Shown piece by piece: positions 7,674 to 16,615 of a DNA stretch of 24,771 nucleotides (positions are counted from its first letter, which is position 1; each line of letters starts with the position of its first letter). The position numbers were made by a program, and so were the translations under genes. Source of the DNA: Armatimonadota bacterium (GTDB lineage Bacteria; Armatimonadota; Zipacnadia; Zipacnadales; UBA5352); assembly GCA_034722055.1 (NCBI GenBank), contig JAYENL010000239.1:1-24771 (forward strand), in the 5' to 3' direction. The notes under the pieces are model-generated. The model was not told the origin of the DNA. It saw only the letters and a list, made by a program, of their open reading frames with translations, and searched no databases.

Positions 7674-9206
7674 CTACCGGCCGAGCAGCGTGCGGTAGAA
7701 CGGGAGGACGACGGCCACCAGGCAGTAGAGGTTGAAGGCCAGCATCAGGGCCCCTGCCAGCCACGGCAGCGCCCGGCGGGCCTCCCTCTGCAGCAGGCGT
7801 CCCACGCCCAGGGCCCAGAGCATCCCCAGCGCCGGGAAGGCCGGGAACAGATACCGCCCCTGGCTGCCGCCGCCGAGGTCGATGGTGAGGATATACCACA
7901 GCATGGCCAGCGAGAGCACCGCCGCGGTCAGCAGCAGCAGCCACATCCCCCGCACCTGCAGCGCCGAGCAGCGCACGCGGCCGGCCCGAGAGTCGGCCAT
8001 GAGCATGACCAGCCCCGGCGCCGGCAGCAGCGTGATCCCCAGCAGCAGCCAGTAGATCCACAAAGCCGCCGCCACGTTCGTCCACCCGAAGCCGGCCCAG
8101 AAGTTACGGAAGGTCATGGGCAGGGCGATGTCGAGCACCACGCCGAGCAGATCCGGGCGCGCCACATAGATCTGCCAGGGGATCTGCTTGTCGATGTTGG
8201 CGGGGAAGTGCTGCAGGGCGCCGTAGAGGAGCATGTTGCGCACGTACCACCAGCCGCCGACCGCGGCAGCGACGCCCAGGGCGATGGCGGCGTGGCCCAG
8301 GATCCGCCCCCAGCGGAGGGCCGCCACGCGCCTGGCGAGGTCGGTCAGGAAGCTGTCCGCCGGCTCGGGCCGATGGCGGCGTCCGGCCGACCACGCCAGC
8401 GCCAGCAGGGCGGCCGGGAGGGCCGCCACCGCGGAGTCCTTGGTCAGCATGGCGAGGCCCAGCGCCAGGCCCAGCAGCGCGGCCCGCGCAGGCGAGAGGC
8501 CCTCGCGCATAATCAGCACTGACAGCAGCAGCACCAGCCCCACCGCGACCACCGTGGGAGGGTCGTTGCCCACCGAGGCGCAGATGTGCACGTACATGGG
8601 GTGGACGGCCATGGCGGCCGCCGTCGCGGCCGCGATCCAGAGGCGCTCGGGGAAGATCACCAGCAGGATACGCCACCCCAGCAGCACGCCGGAGGCTCCC
8701 AGCAGCACAGTGAGCAGGCGCATGGCGCGCCACGCCCGCCGCTCCGCGATGGTGAACCGGTGGGCCTGGCGCAGGGCCTCAACGGCCAGCACGTGCTGGC
8801 GGTCGCGCACGGTGGGGTAGTCCGGGAGGCGTGCGGCCACCTCCTCGGCGGGGCCGTGCAGAGCGGCGGGGGGCTCTGCGGTGGGCATGGTGGCGGAGCC
8901 CCCGCCCAGCATCGCCAGCTTGCCAACCGCGGCGCACAGCGTGTAGTATAATGGCGCCTGGTAGCTCTCGTAGCCGGCGTTGTCGGCGTAGAAGCTGGGC
9001 AGCCTGCCGTGCCGGGCGATGAACAGGGCGTAGTGGAAGTGCGCCGGCTCGTCGGGCGCCTGCCCCAGCGGGAAGATGAAGGCGTAGGTCACGCCCAACA
9101 TCAGGTGCGCTGCGAGGCAGCCGGCGAGGAAGCTGGACCAGGGGCGGGAACGCCAGCGCGCTCCGGACGCGTTGTCTTGAGTGGCCTCGGCGCCGCGTGT
9201 GCTCAT
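7674..9206 (-). CDS. Polytopic membrane glycosyltransferase, GT-C fold (GT39/ArnT/DUF2142-like)
   Basis: First TM followed by PDEPAHFHY; YQAPLYY, VGND, LAMLTK, WWYVRN and QGRYLFPA motifs; many hydrophobic segments. Confidence 0.82.
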   Translation of the reverse strand: MSTRGAEATQDNASGARWRSRPWSSFLAGCLAAHLMLGVTYAFIFPLGQAPDEPAHFHYALFIARHGRLPSFYADNAGYESYQAPLYYTLCAAVGKLAMLGGGSATMPTAEPPAALHGPAEEVAARLPDYPTVRDRQHVLAVEALRQAHRFTIAERRAWRAMRLLTVLLGASGVLLGWRILLVIFPERLWIAAATAAAMAVHPMYVHICASVGNDPPTVVAVGLVLLLSVLIMREGLSPARAALLGLALGLAMLTKDSAVAALPAALLALAWSAGRRHRPEPADSFLTDLARRVAALRWGRILGHAAIALGVAAAVGGWWYVRNMLLYGALQHFPANIDKQIPWQIYVARPDLLGVVLDIALPMTFRNFWAGFGWTNVAAALWIYWLLLGITLLPAPGLVMLMADSRAGRVRCSALQVRGMWLLLLTAAVLSLAMLWYILTIDLGGGSQGRYLFPAFPALGMLWALGVGRLLQREARRALPWLAGALMLAFNLYCLVAVVLPFYRTLLGR

Positions 9207-9292
9207 CGCTCCGACGGGCACTGTACCACAGCCTTGCGGCCAAGGCAACACAGGCTGCGGCCCGGCGATGATGTGCCCCTGGAGGTCCCGGC

Positions 9293-10069
9293 ATGAAGGT
9301 TGTGCTGCTGGTCGGCGGCAAGGGCATTCGACTGGCCGGGGAGGACGCCCCCCTGTCCAAGGCCCTCTTCCGCATCGGCGACCAGCCCATCATCTATCAC
9401 ATCATGCGCAGCTTCGCCGCATCGGGCCTCACCAGCTTCCTGCTGACGCTGGGCTACCGCGGCGAGCAGATCATCGACTATTTCCTGCACCACCTTCCCT
9501 ACCTGGAGAGCGATCTGCGAGTGCGCCTGGACGGCGACGGCGGCACCGCCGGCATCGACCGACTCGGCGGCGGAGCGCAGGACTGGCAGATCATTCTCGC
9601 CCGCACAGGCCCGGACTCGCCCACCGGCGAGCGGCTGCGCCGGGTGCGCGAGCACCTGGCCGAGGATGACAGTTTCATCGTCACCTACGGGGACGGCCTG
9701 TCGGACCTGGACCCGCGCGCCCTGATCGCCTTTCACCGCGAGCACGGGAGGGCCGGGACGATCACCGTGGTGCGCACCCACTCGCAGTTCGGGCACGTGG
9801 AGTTCGGCGAGGGGGCCGTGGTGCAGCAGCTCGACGAGAAGCCGCCACTGCCCGGCTGGATCAACGGAGGCTTCTTCGTCTTTGACCACCGGCTGTTCGA
9901 CTACCTGCAGCCGGGCGACAGCCTGGAGGCCGACTGCCTGCCGCGGATGGTGGCCGACGGGCAGCTCGTGGCACGCCCGCACGAGGGCTTCTGGGCGTGC
10001 ATGGACACCTACAAGGACGGGGTGGAGCTCAACGAGCTGTGGGAGTCCGGGCGGGCGCCGTGGGTCTGA
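9293..10069 (+). CDS. rfbF: Glucose-1-phosphate cytidylyltransferase-like sugar nucleotidyltransferase
   Basis: GGKGIRL, LGYRGEQIIDYF, TGERLRR, TYGDG, WINGGFFVF, HEGFWACMDT, LNELWESGRAPW; 258 aa; GGAGG SD. Confidence 0.85.
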   Translation: MKVVLLVGGKGIRLAGEDAPLSKALFRIGDQPIIYHIMRSFAASGLTSFLLTLGYRGEQIIDYFLHHLPYLESDLRVRLDGDGGTAGIDRLGGGAQDWQIILARTGPDSPTGERLRRVREHLAEDDSFIVTYGDGLSDLDPRALIAFHREHGRAGTITVVRTHSQFGHVEFGEGAVVQQLDEKPPLPGWINGGFFVFDHRLFDYLQPGDSLEADCLPRMVADGQLVARPHEGFWACMDTYKDGVELNELWESGRAPWV

Positions 10070-10081
10070 CGGGCGGGCCTG

Positions 10082-10289
10082 CGCTCCCGCCCGGCCGTTG
10101 GCTCGAGGCTTCGCGTTGGCTACACCCTCCGCGTAGGTCGGGCTTCCGGAGATCGCACGCGATCTCAGCGACAACGCCAAACGGCGTGCGGAGGAGGGCC
10201 TCCGCACCACGCACAGGCGTGTGCGTGCTAGGGGACGGCGACGTTTGCCGAGCCGACTGGAGGGGCTGGACTACGCTCCCGCCCGGCCG
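10082..10289. repeat. Multi-hairpin intergenic cassette bounded by 16-bp direct repeats
   Basis: CGCTCCCGCCCGGCCG at 10082-10097 and 10274-10289; internal inverted repeats of 8-9 bp at 10149-10166, 10186-10207 and 10208-10227. Confidence 0.6.
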
Positions 10290-10314
10290 CTCGCTCAACC
10301 GAGAGGAGACTCGT

Positions 10315-11307
10315 ATGGCCGACGTTGCGGGAATGAGGGTGCTGGTCACCGGCGCCCATGGGTTCGTCGCCGGCCACCTCATCGAGCGGCTGGTGGGCAT
10401 GGACGCGGACGTGGTGGGCGTGGACCTGTGCGCGCGCCGGCAGTCCTACCTGAGCATCTCGGAGGCCGTCCACAGCATCGACCTCGTCGAGGGCGACATC
10501 GCCAGCAACGACCAGATGAGGGAGCTGTTCGATGAGTGGCGGCCCCGGGTGGTGCTGCACCTGGCGGCACAGGCGGACGTCACCCGGGCGCTCGCCGACC
10601 CCCTGGGCACCTTCGAGGCGAATGTCCGCGGCACCTACATCCTGCTGGAGCACGCGCGCAGGATCTGGGAGGGCGAGGACGGCCCCCACGCCATGGTGGT
10701 GGCCTCCTCCGACAAGGCCTACGGCCGGCACACGCACCTGCCTTACCGTGAGGACGACGAGCTGCTGGGACTGTATCCCTACGACGTGTCCAAGGCCTGC
10801 GCGGACATGATCGCCCGCGGCCACCACGTGGCCTACAGTATGCCCACGGGGGTGGTGCGCTGCGCCAATATCTACGGTCCGGGCGACCTGAACTTCAACC
10901 GCATCGTGCCGGGCACCTTCCGCTCGCTGCTGCGCGGCGAGCGGCCCGTCATCCGCTCCGACGGCACACCCATGCGCGATTACATGTACATCGACGACGC
11001 CGCGGACGGCTACCGGCGGGTGATGGAGGCCGTGCTCGACGGCGAGCGGCACGGCGAGGCCTTCAACTTCGGCACCGGCGAGCCGGTCAGCGTGCTGGAT
11101 CTCTTCGAGGAGATGGTGCAGGTCGCGCAGCGGCCGGACCTCGAGCCACAGGTACAGGGGGAGGCCTCGAAGGAGCTGCGCGACCAGTACATCTCCGCCC
11201 ATCGCGCCCGCCGGCTGCTCGGCTGGGAGCCCCGCACGCCCCGCCGGGAGGGTCTGCAGCGCACCTACGAGTGGTACGCGAGGCACCTGCCGGAGATCGA
11301 GGACTGA
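10315..11307 (+). CDS. rfbG: NAD-dependent sugar epimerase/dehydratase, CDP-glucose 4,6-dehydratase-like
   Basis: VLVTGAHGFVAG, HLAAQ, SSDKAYG, YDVSK (YxxxK), NIYGPGDLNFNRIVP; GAGGAG SD; adjacent to rfbF. Confidence 0.75.
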   Translation: MADVAGMRVLVTGAHGFVAGHLIERLVGMDADVVGVDLCARRQSYLSISEAVHSIDLVEGDIASNDQMRELFDEWRPRVVLHLAAQADVTRALADPLGTFEANVRGTYILLEHARRIWEGEDGPHAMVVASSDKAYGRHTHLPYREDDELLGLYPYDVSKACADMIARGHHVAYSMPTGVVRCANIYGPGDLNFNRIVPGTFRSLLRGERPVIRSDGTPMRDYMYIDDAADGYRRVMEAVLDGERHGEAFNFGTGEPVSVLDLFEEMVQVAQRPDLEPQVQGEASKELRDQYISAHRARRLLGWEPRTPRREGLQRTYEWYARHLPEIED

Positions 11308-11344
11308 CGCCGGCGGACGGCGCAAGGAGCGAGGTCAGGCGATC

Positions 11345-11647
11345 ATGCCGCTGCAGATCGAGGTATCGAGACGGGAGATCGCCGACTTCTGCCGGCGGAA
11401 TCAGATCCGGAAGCTGGCGGTCTTCGGCTCGGCCCTGCGCGAGGACTTCACGCCCGACAGCGACGTGGACGTGATCGTGTGGTTCGAGCCGGAGGCAAGG
11501 GTGGGGCTCATCACGCTCGGCGGCATAGAGCGCAGGCTTTCGGAGCTGATGGGGCGGAAGGTGGACATGCACACTCCGGAGATGCTCAGCAAGTACTTCC
11601 GTGACCGGGTGCTCGCGGAGGCGCAGGTCGTCTATGAGCGAACGTGA
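11345..11647 (+). CDS. mntA: Minimal nucleotidyltransferase (MNT) antitoxin, copy 1
   Basis: GS-x10-DxD motif (GSALREDFTPDSDVD), GRKVD; 100 aa; overlaps the downstream HEPN gene. Confidence 0.92.
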   Translation: MPLQIEVSRREIADFCRRNQIRKLAVFGSALREDFTPDSDVDVIVWFEPEARVGLITLGGIERRLSELMGRKVDMHTPEMLSKYFRDRVLAEAQVVYERT

Positions 11648-12002
11648 TCCGCTGGTGCGGCTCCTGCACATGAGGGACTACGGTCGGGCCGTCTTGCGGC
11701 TCACAGACCAGGGCAGTCGAGAGCGCCTGGACAGCGACGAGATGTTCGCCTTCGCCATGATCCACGCGCTTTCGATGATCGGTGAGAGTGCTGCGGGCGT
11801 CTCCCAACAAGTGAGGGATGCCTCTCCGAAGATCCCTTGGGCGGACATCGTGGGCATGAGGCATCGCCTGATTCACGGTTACGAGTATGTCAGCTATGAC
11901 ATCGTGTGGGAGACGGCCACGGTGGATGTGCCTGAACTCATGCAGAAGCTGGACACCTTAGTAGCCCGCCTCCAGAACGACCAGGACGCGCGTGGAGTAT
12001 GA
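11634..12002 (+). CDS. hepT: HEPN (DUF86) ribonuclease toxin, copy 1
   Basis: IGE..., IPWADIVGMRHRLIHGY (Rx4HxY), DIVWET. Confidence 0.92.
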   Translation: MSERDPLVRLLHMRDYGRAVLRLTDQGSRERLDSDEMFAFAMIHALSMIGESAAGVSQQVRDASPKIPWADIVGMRHRLIHGYEYVSYDIVWETATVDVPELMQKLDTLVARLQNDQDARGV

Positions 12003-12006
12003 ACCC

Positions 12007-12312
12007 ATGCCGCTGCAGATCGAGGTATCGAGACGGGAGATCGCCGACTTCTGCCGGCGGAATCAGATCCGGAAGCTGGCGGTCTTCGGCTCGGCGCTGC
12101 GCGAGGACTTCACGGCCGACAGCGACGTGGACGTGATCGTGTGGTTCGAGCCGGAGGCGAGAGTGGGGTTCTTCGAGCTGTTCGACATGGAGGAGGAGCT
12201 TTCGCGACTGCTGGCCGGGCGGAAGGCGGACATGAACACGCCGAAGATGCTCAGCAAGTACTTCCGTGACCGGGTCATCAGCGAAGCGGAGGTGTTGTAT
12301 GACCGAACGTGA
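12007..12312 (+). CDS. mntA: Minimal nucleotidyltransferase (MNT) antitoxin, copy 2
   Basis: GSALREDFTADSDVD motif; first 152 bp nearly identical to copy 1. Confidence 0.92.
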   Translation: MPLQIEVSRREIADFCRRNQIRKLAVFGSALREDFTADSDVDVIVWFEPEARVGFFELFDMEEELSRLLAGRKADMNTPKMLSKYFRDRVISEAEVLYDRT

Positions 12313-12658
12313 TCCGGTCGTGTATCTACTGCATATGCGGGACCTCACCGAGGAGGCGCTCGAGCTCTGTGCGGGACGGGAGCGCGCGGATCTGGAGCGC
12401 GACAGGCTCTTCGGCCTCGCGATGACCCGCTTGGTTGAAGTCATCGGCGAGGCGGCGACCAAGCTGCCGGCGGAGGTCCACGACAGATATCCAGACATCC
12501 CCTGGCGGAAGATCATTGGAATGCGTAATAGGCTCATCCATGGGTACGAGTACGTCGATTACGACGTTCTCTGGGAGACGATCACGACCAGCCTGTCGGA
12601 ACTACTGCCGCCGTTGACCGCCGCCATCAGCGACATGGGCGCAGCCGAGCAGGAGTAG
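12299..12658 (+). CDS. hepT: HEPN (DUF86) ribonuclease toxin, copy 2
   Basis: LVEVIGEAA, IPWRKIIGMRNRLIHGY (Rx4HxY), DVLWET. Confidence 0.92.
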   Translation: MTERDPVVYLLHMRDLTEEALELCAGRERADLERDRLFGLAMTRLVEVIGEAATKLPAEVHDRYPDIPWRKIIGMRNRLIHGYEYVDYDVLWETITTSLSELLPPLTAAISDMGAAEQE

Positions 12659-12691
12659 GACGGCGTGGCAGTCGCGGTGGCAGCCAAGCAC

Positions 12692-13402
12692 ATGAAACTA
12701 ACCGTTGTCATGCCGGTCTACAATGAACGGGAGACGATCCTGGCGATACTCGACCGGGTGCGAGCCGTGGACATCGGCAAGGAGATCATCATCGTCGATA
12801 ACTGCTCCACCGACGGCACCCGGGAGATCGTACAGGGGATCGACCTGCCCGAGGTCCGCACCATCCTGCAGGACCGGAACCGCATGAAGGGCAACTCCGT
12901 CAAGAAGGGCATCGCGGCGGCGGAGGGCCAGTACACCATCATTCAGGACGCCGACCTGGAGTACGACCCGCGCGACTACCAGCCGCTGGTGGCCGAGGTC
13001 CAGCGCCAGGGCGTGCTGGCGGTGCTGGGCTCGCGGGTGCTGGGGGCCGCGGAGCGCGGCGAGCGGCTGCCGGCATCGCCCTTCTCGGTGGGTCGGGACT
13101 TCCTCAATGACTGGTTCAATATGCTCTTCGACACGAGCCTGACCGACATCGCCACCTGCTACAAGCTCGCGCCCACTCGCTTCCTGCAGGGCCTGGACCT
13201 GGTCAGCGAGGGCTTCGACCTGGACTTCGAGCTGCCCGCGCGCTTCGTGCTTGAGGCCCGGCGCCGGGGGATGCGTGTCAGCGAGGTCCCGATCCGCTAC
13301 TGTCCGCGGAGTCTCGAGGAGGGCAAGAAGATCCGCTGGACGGACGGCATCGCGGCGCTGGCGGCCATCACCAGATTCCGCTTCGCCGCCATGAGCGGGT
13401 GA
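12692..13402 (+). CDS. Glycosyltransferase family 2, polyprenol-phosphate glycosyltransferase (DPM1-like)
   Basis: VVMPVYNE, VDNCSTDGT, IQDADLEYDP, GSR, TDIATCYK, EGKKIRWTDG. Alternative GTG start at 12665. Confidence 0.9.
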   Translation: MKLTVVMPVYNERETILAILDRVRAVDIGKEIIIVDNCSTDGTREIVQGIDLPEVRTILQDRNRMKGNSVKKGIAAAEGQYTIIQDADLEYDPRDYQPLVAEVQRQGVLAVLGSRVLGAAERGERLPASPFSVGRDFLNDWFNMLFDTSLTDIATCYKLAPTRFLQGLDLVSEGFDLDFELPARFVLEARRRGMRVSEVPIRYCPRSLEEGKKIRWTDGIAALAAITRFRFAAMSG

Positions 13403-13406
13403 GCGA

Positions 13407-13997
13407 ATGGGCCGACGACCTGGTTTGATCGTGCTGATCGTGGTGGGTCTGGGGCTGGCGGCGGTCGCGATCTTCGTGGGCATCGTGGGCCGCCCCGGCC
13501 AGCAGCAGGTCCCCGCCGAGCGGCCGGAGGAGCTCGAGGCGCAGGCCGCGGATGAGGAGTCCGAGGCGCCGGAGGCGCAGGTCTCGGGCGCGGAGGTCAC
13601 TGTCAGCGATGCACAGGGCGAGGTAGTGTGGCGCGCCAGCTTTGGCGGCGAGATCACTTATGACCAGGACAGCCGCATCGCTCGGGCCGAGGATGTGCAC
13701 TGGCGCTTTGAGGGGCCGGGCTTTGAGCGGCTGAGTCTGAAGGCCCCGGTGATGGTGGCCGGGTGGGAGGAGAAAGTGCTGCGCTTTGCGGAGGGCGTGG
13801 CCATTGAGGCCCACGGTGGCGACCTGTCCTTCTCGGCGGGCGCGGCGGAGTACCAGTTCGGCACCCGCAAGCTGATCGGCCGGGGGGATGTGCGCTTCCA
13901 GCGCGGGTCCTTCTCCGGTCGGGCGGAGGAGCTGGTGATCGACAACCGCGCGGAGGTGATCCGGCTCAAGCGCGGGGAGCTCGTCCGCCGGTGGTGA
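13407..13997 (+). CDS. lptC: LptC-like membrane-anchored beta-jellyroll protein
   Basis: Single N-terminal TM then beta-rich sequence (GDVRFQRG); position upstream of lptA/lptB. Confidence 0.6.
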   Translation: MGRRPGLIVLIVVGLGLAAVAIFVGIVGRPGQQQVPAERPEELEAQAADEESEAPEAQVSGAEVTVSDAQGEVVWRASFGGEITYDQDSRIARAEDVHWRFEGPGFERLSLKAPVMVAGWEEKVLRFAEGVAIEAHGGDLSFSAGAAEYQFGTRKLIGRGDVRFQRGSFSGRAEELVIDNRAEVIRLKRGELVRRW

Positions 13998-14034
13998 CCG
14001 CCCACCCACAGCGAACGAATGAGGCGATGCAACG

Positions 14035-14598
14035 ATGAAGAGGCAGATAACACTTGTCGCGGTGGCGCTGCTGGTGAGTGCGACCGTGGCCCAGCAGGTC
14101 AGGCAGACGCGGACGGGTAAGCTCACCTTTCGCGAGCTGACCTGGGACTTCGCCAAGAACACTATCACCATGACCGGGGACCCGGCCGTCGTAACCATCG
14201 AGGGGCGGCATCACGCCGAGCTGCGCGCCCCGCGGGTGGACATCGACGCCGACCAGCGGCTGCGGGAGGTGCACGGCGCAGTGGCTCACGGGGCCGTGCG
14301 CCTGAATCTGCTGACGGCGCCGGACCAGGACGGGAGGCGGCGCCGGGTCGAGGCCACCTGCACCCGGCAGGCGACCTACAGCCAGTCTGAGCAGCAGGTG
14401 GTGATGACCGGGGATGTGAAGGCCGACATCATCACACTGCCCGAGGAGGAGGGGGAGGCCGCACACCTGGAGGACGTCGATAAGGTGGTCGTGGACCTGG
14501 CCACCAGCGTCCTGACCGCTCATTCTGCCGAGGATGCCGAGGAGCAGGGCACCTTCACGGTCACCACCGACGTCGATCTGGAGAGCGAGGAGCAGTAG
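14035..14598 (+). CDS. lptA: LptA/OstA-like periplasmic protein
   Basis: Signal peptide; AHGAVRL and QATYSQSEQQVVMTGDV OstA-like pattern; directly before lptB. Confidence 0.65.
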   Translation: MKRQITLVAVALLVSATVAQQVRQTRTGKLTFRELTWDFAKNTITMTGDPAVVTIEGRHHAELRAPRVDIDADQRLREVHGAVAHGAVRLNLLTAPDQDGRRRRVEATCTRQATYSQSEQQVVMTGDVKADIITLPEEEGEAAHLEDVDKVVVDLATSVLTAHSAEDAEEQGTFTVTTDVDLESEEQ

Positions 14599-14599
14599 C

Positions 14600-15319
14600 A
14601 TGGCGCTGGTCGCCGAGGGGCTGGTGAAGAGCTACGGCGGGCGCCGGGTGGTTGACGGCGTGGACCTGCACGTTCAGCGGGGGGAGATCGTCGGGCTGCT
14701 GGGGCCCAACGGGGCGGGCAAGACCACCAGCTTCTACATGATTCTGGGCCTGGTGCGCTCGGAGGCGGGGAGGGTGGAGCTGGATGGCGAGGACCTGGCC
14801 CCCTTCCCCATGCACGAGCGCTGCCGCCGGGGGCTGGGCTATCTGGCCCAGGAGGCCTCGGTCTTCCGCCGCCTGACCGTGCGTGAGAACCTGCTGCTGA
14901 TCCTGGAGATGCAGGGGCTGTCACGGAAGCAGCAGGCGGAGCGCGCCGATGAGCTGCTGGGGCGGTTGGGGCTGACGGAGCGCGCCGACGCCAGGGGCGC
15001 GGTGCTGTCCGGCGGCGAGCGGCGCCGGGTGGAGATCGGCCGGGCGCTGTGCACCCGTCCGTCCTTCATCCTCCTCGACGAGCCGTTCACCGGCGTGGAC
15101 CCCATCGCCATCGACGACATCCGCAGCCTGGTCGCCGACCTGCAGTCCGAGGACATCGGCATCCTCATCACCGACCACAACGTTCGCGAGACGCTCGGCA
15201 TCTGCCACCGCGCCTACATCATCTCCGAGGGCAAGATCCGCACCCAGGGGCCCGCGCAGGAGCTGCCCAATGACCCCATCGCCAGGCAGTACTACCTCGG
15301 CGACCGGTTCCGGATGTAA
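14600..15319 (+). CDS. lptB: LPS export ABC transporter ATP-binding protein
   Basis: GPNGAGKTT, GYLAQEASVFRRL, LSGGERRRVEI, LLDEPFTGVDP, ITDHNVRETL, YLG. Confidence 0.96.
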   Translation: MALVAEGLVKSYGGRRVVDGVDLHVQRGEIVGLLGPNGAGKTTSFYMILGLVRSEAGRVELDGEDLAPFPMHERCRRGLGYLAQEASVFRRLTVRENLLLILEMQGLSRKQQAERADELLGRLGLTERADARGAVLSGGERRRVEIGRALCTRPSFILLDEPFTGVDPIAIDDIRSLVADLQSEDIGILITDHNVRETLGICHRAYIISEGKIRTQGPAQELPNDPIARQYYLGDRFRM

Positions 15320-15320
15320 G

Positions 15321-15390
15321 GGCGGCAGATAACGGCAGAGAACAGCAGATCACGGCAGACAACATCAGACAACGGCAGAGAACGGCAGCG
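15321..15390 (+). repeat. 10-bp tandem repeat (consensus AACGGCAGAN) x7
   Basis: Seven consecutive imperfect units, followed by a partial inverted copy at 15395-15408. Confidence 0.85.
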
Positions 15391-15417
15391 ACCCCTGCTA
15401 TCTGCCGTGTGCTCGTA

Positions 15418-15477
15418 GCTGATAGCTGACCGCTGATAGCTGACCGCTGATCGCTGACCGCTGATCGCTGGTAGCTG
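15418..15477 (+). repeat. 14-bp (7+7) tandem repeat GCTGATAGCTGACC x~4
   Basis: Directly visible; reverse complement of the array at 24211-24304. Confidence 0.88.
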
Positions 15478-15486
15478 TCCTCACCA

Positions 15487-16575
15487 ATGAAACGCCTCGA
15501 TCGCTATGTCCTGACCGAGATGCTCCCCCCGTTCCTGTTCGGGATCGGGGCCTTTCTCGCCATCCTGGTGGGCGTGCAGCTCCTGTACGAGATGCTGCGC
15601 ATGATCTACACGGCCGGCTTCCCGGCGTGGGCGGCCATCCGGATCTTCCTGCTGGAGATCCCCGGTACGGTCACCCTCACGCTGCCCATGGCCACCATGT
15701 TCGGCAGCCTCATGGCCATGGGGCGGTTGTCGGGGGACGGCGAGGTGGTCGCCATGCGGGCAGGGGGGACCAGCGTTCCCAGAATCGGGGCGTCGCTGAT
15801 CGTTGCCGGGATGCTCATCTCTATCATCGGCCTGGTTGTCAATGAGAGCGTGGTGCCGCCGGCGAAGAACCGCGCCTTCGAGATCGCGCGGGATGTGCGG
15901 ACCACAGCCGCGGGTGAGGATGACTTCGTGTACGTGGATCGGGATGACGAGGGCCATGTCGAGCGCATTCTTCATGCCGAGCGCTTCGACATGGAGCGCC
16001 TCGCCCTCTACGACGTGACGGTCGTCGATTACACCCTCGGCTCCAAGCCCGTCTTCTATACCGTCCCGAAGGCGTGGTGGCAGGGCGAATACTGGATTAT
16101 GAGGAATCCTGAACAGACCATCTGGGACGAGAACCTGGGGGGCCTCCGAAGCTGGACGGTCCCGAAGGCGTCGATACCTGTGGGCCACAGCAAAGATGAA
16201 ATGGAGCGCATCCGCAAGGGCCCCGATGACATGACGCTGGAGGAGCTGCGCGAGGAGATGGCGACCGCTCGGCGGCGCGAGGCGGACGCCCGGGCCGACC
16301 GGCTGTGGATGCACTACCACGTGCGCCTGGCGATCCCCTGGGCCTCGCTGGGCTTCGCGGTCCTGGGCCTGGCGCTGGGCGTTCACCGGCAGCGCTCTTC
16401 GCGGGGCATCGGCATGGGCGTGTCGCTGCTGGTAATCTTCATCTACTACGTGGTGGCCCACACCCTCACGCTGGTCGGCGAGCGCGGGGTGGCGCACCCG
16501 GCGATCATGGCCTGGACGCCCAACGTGCTGCTGTATCTGACGGGAATCGGCCTGCTGCTGAGCAACTCACGGTGA
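15487..16575 (+). CDS. LptF/LptG family permease
   Basis: LDRYVLTEMLPPFLFG, GRLSGDGEVVAMRAGGTS, periplasmic domain, RLAIPWA, AWTPN; 362 aa. Confidence 0.93.
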   Translation: MKRLDRYVLTEMLPPFLFGIGAFLAILVGVQLLYEMLRMIYTAGFPAWAAIRIFLLEIPGTVTLTLPMATMFGSLMAMGRLSGDGEVVAMRAGGTSVPRIGASLIVAGMLISIIGLVVNESVVPPAKNRAFEIARDVRTTAAGEDDFVYVDRDDEGHVERILHAERFDMERLALYDVTVVDYTLGSKPVFYTVPKAWWQGEYWIMRNPEQTIWDENLGGLRSWTVPKASIPVGHSKDEMERIRKGPDDMTLEELREEMATARRREADARADRLWMHYHVRLAIPWASLGFAVLGLALGVHRQRSSRGIGMGVSLLVIFIYYVVAHTLTLVGERGVAHPAIMAWTPNVLLYLTGIGLLLSNSR

Positions 16576-16615
16576 AGGCGGCGGCTGACCGCGACGGAAA
16601 CGGGCTCTGAGGCGA

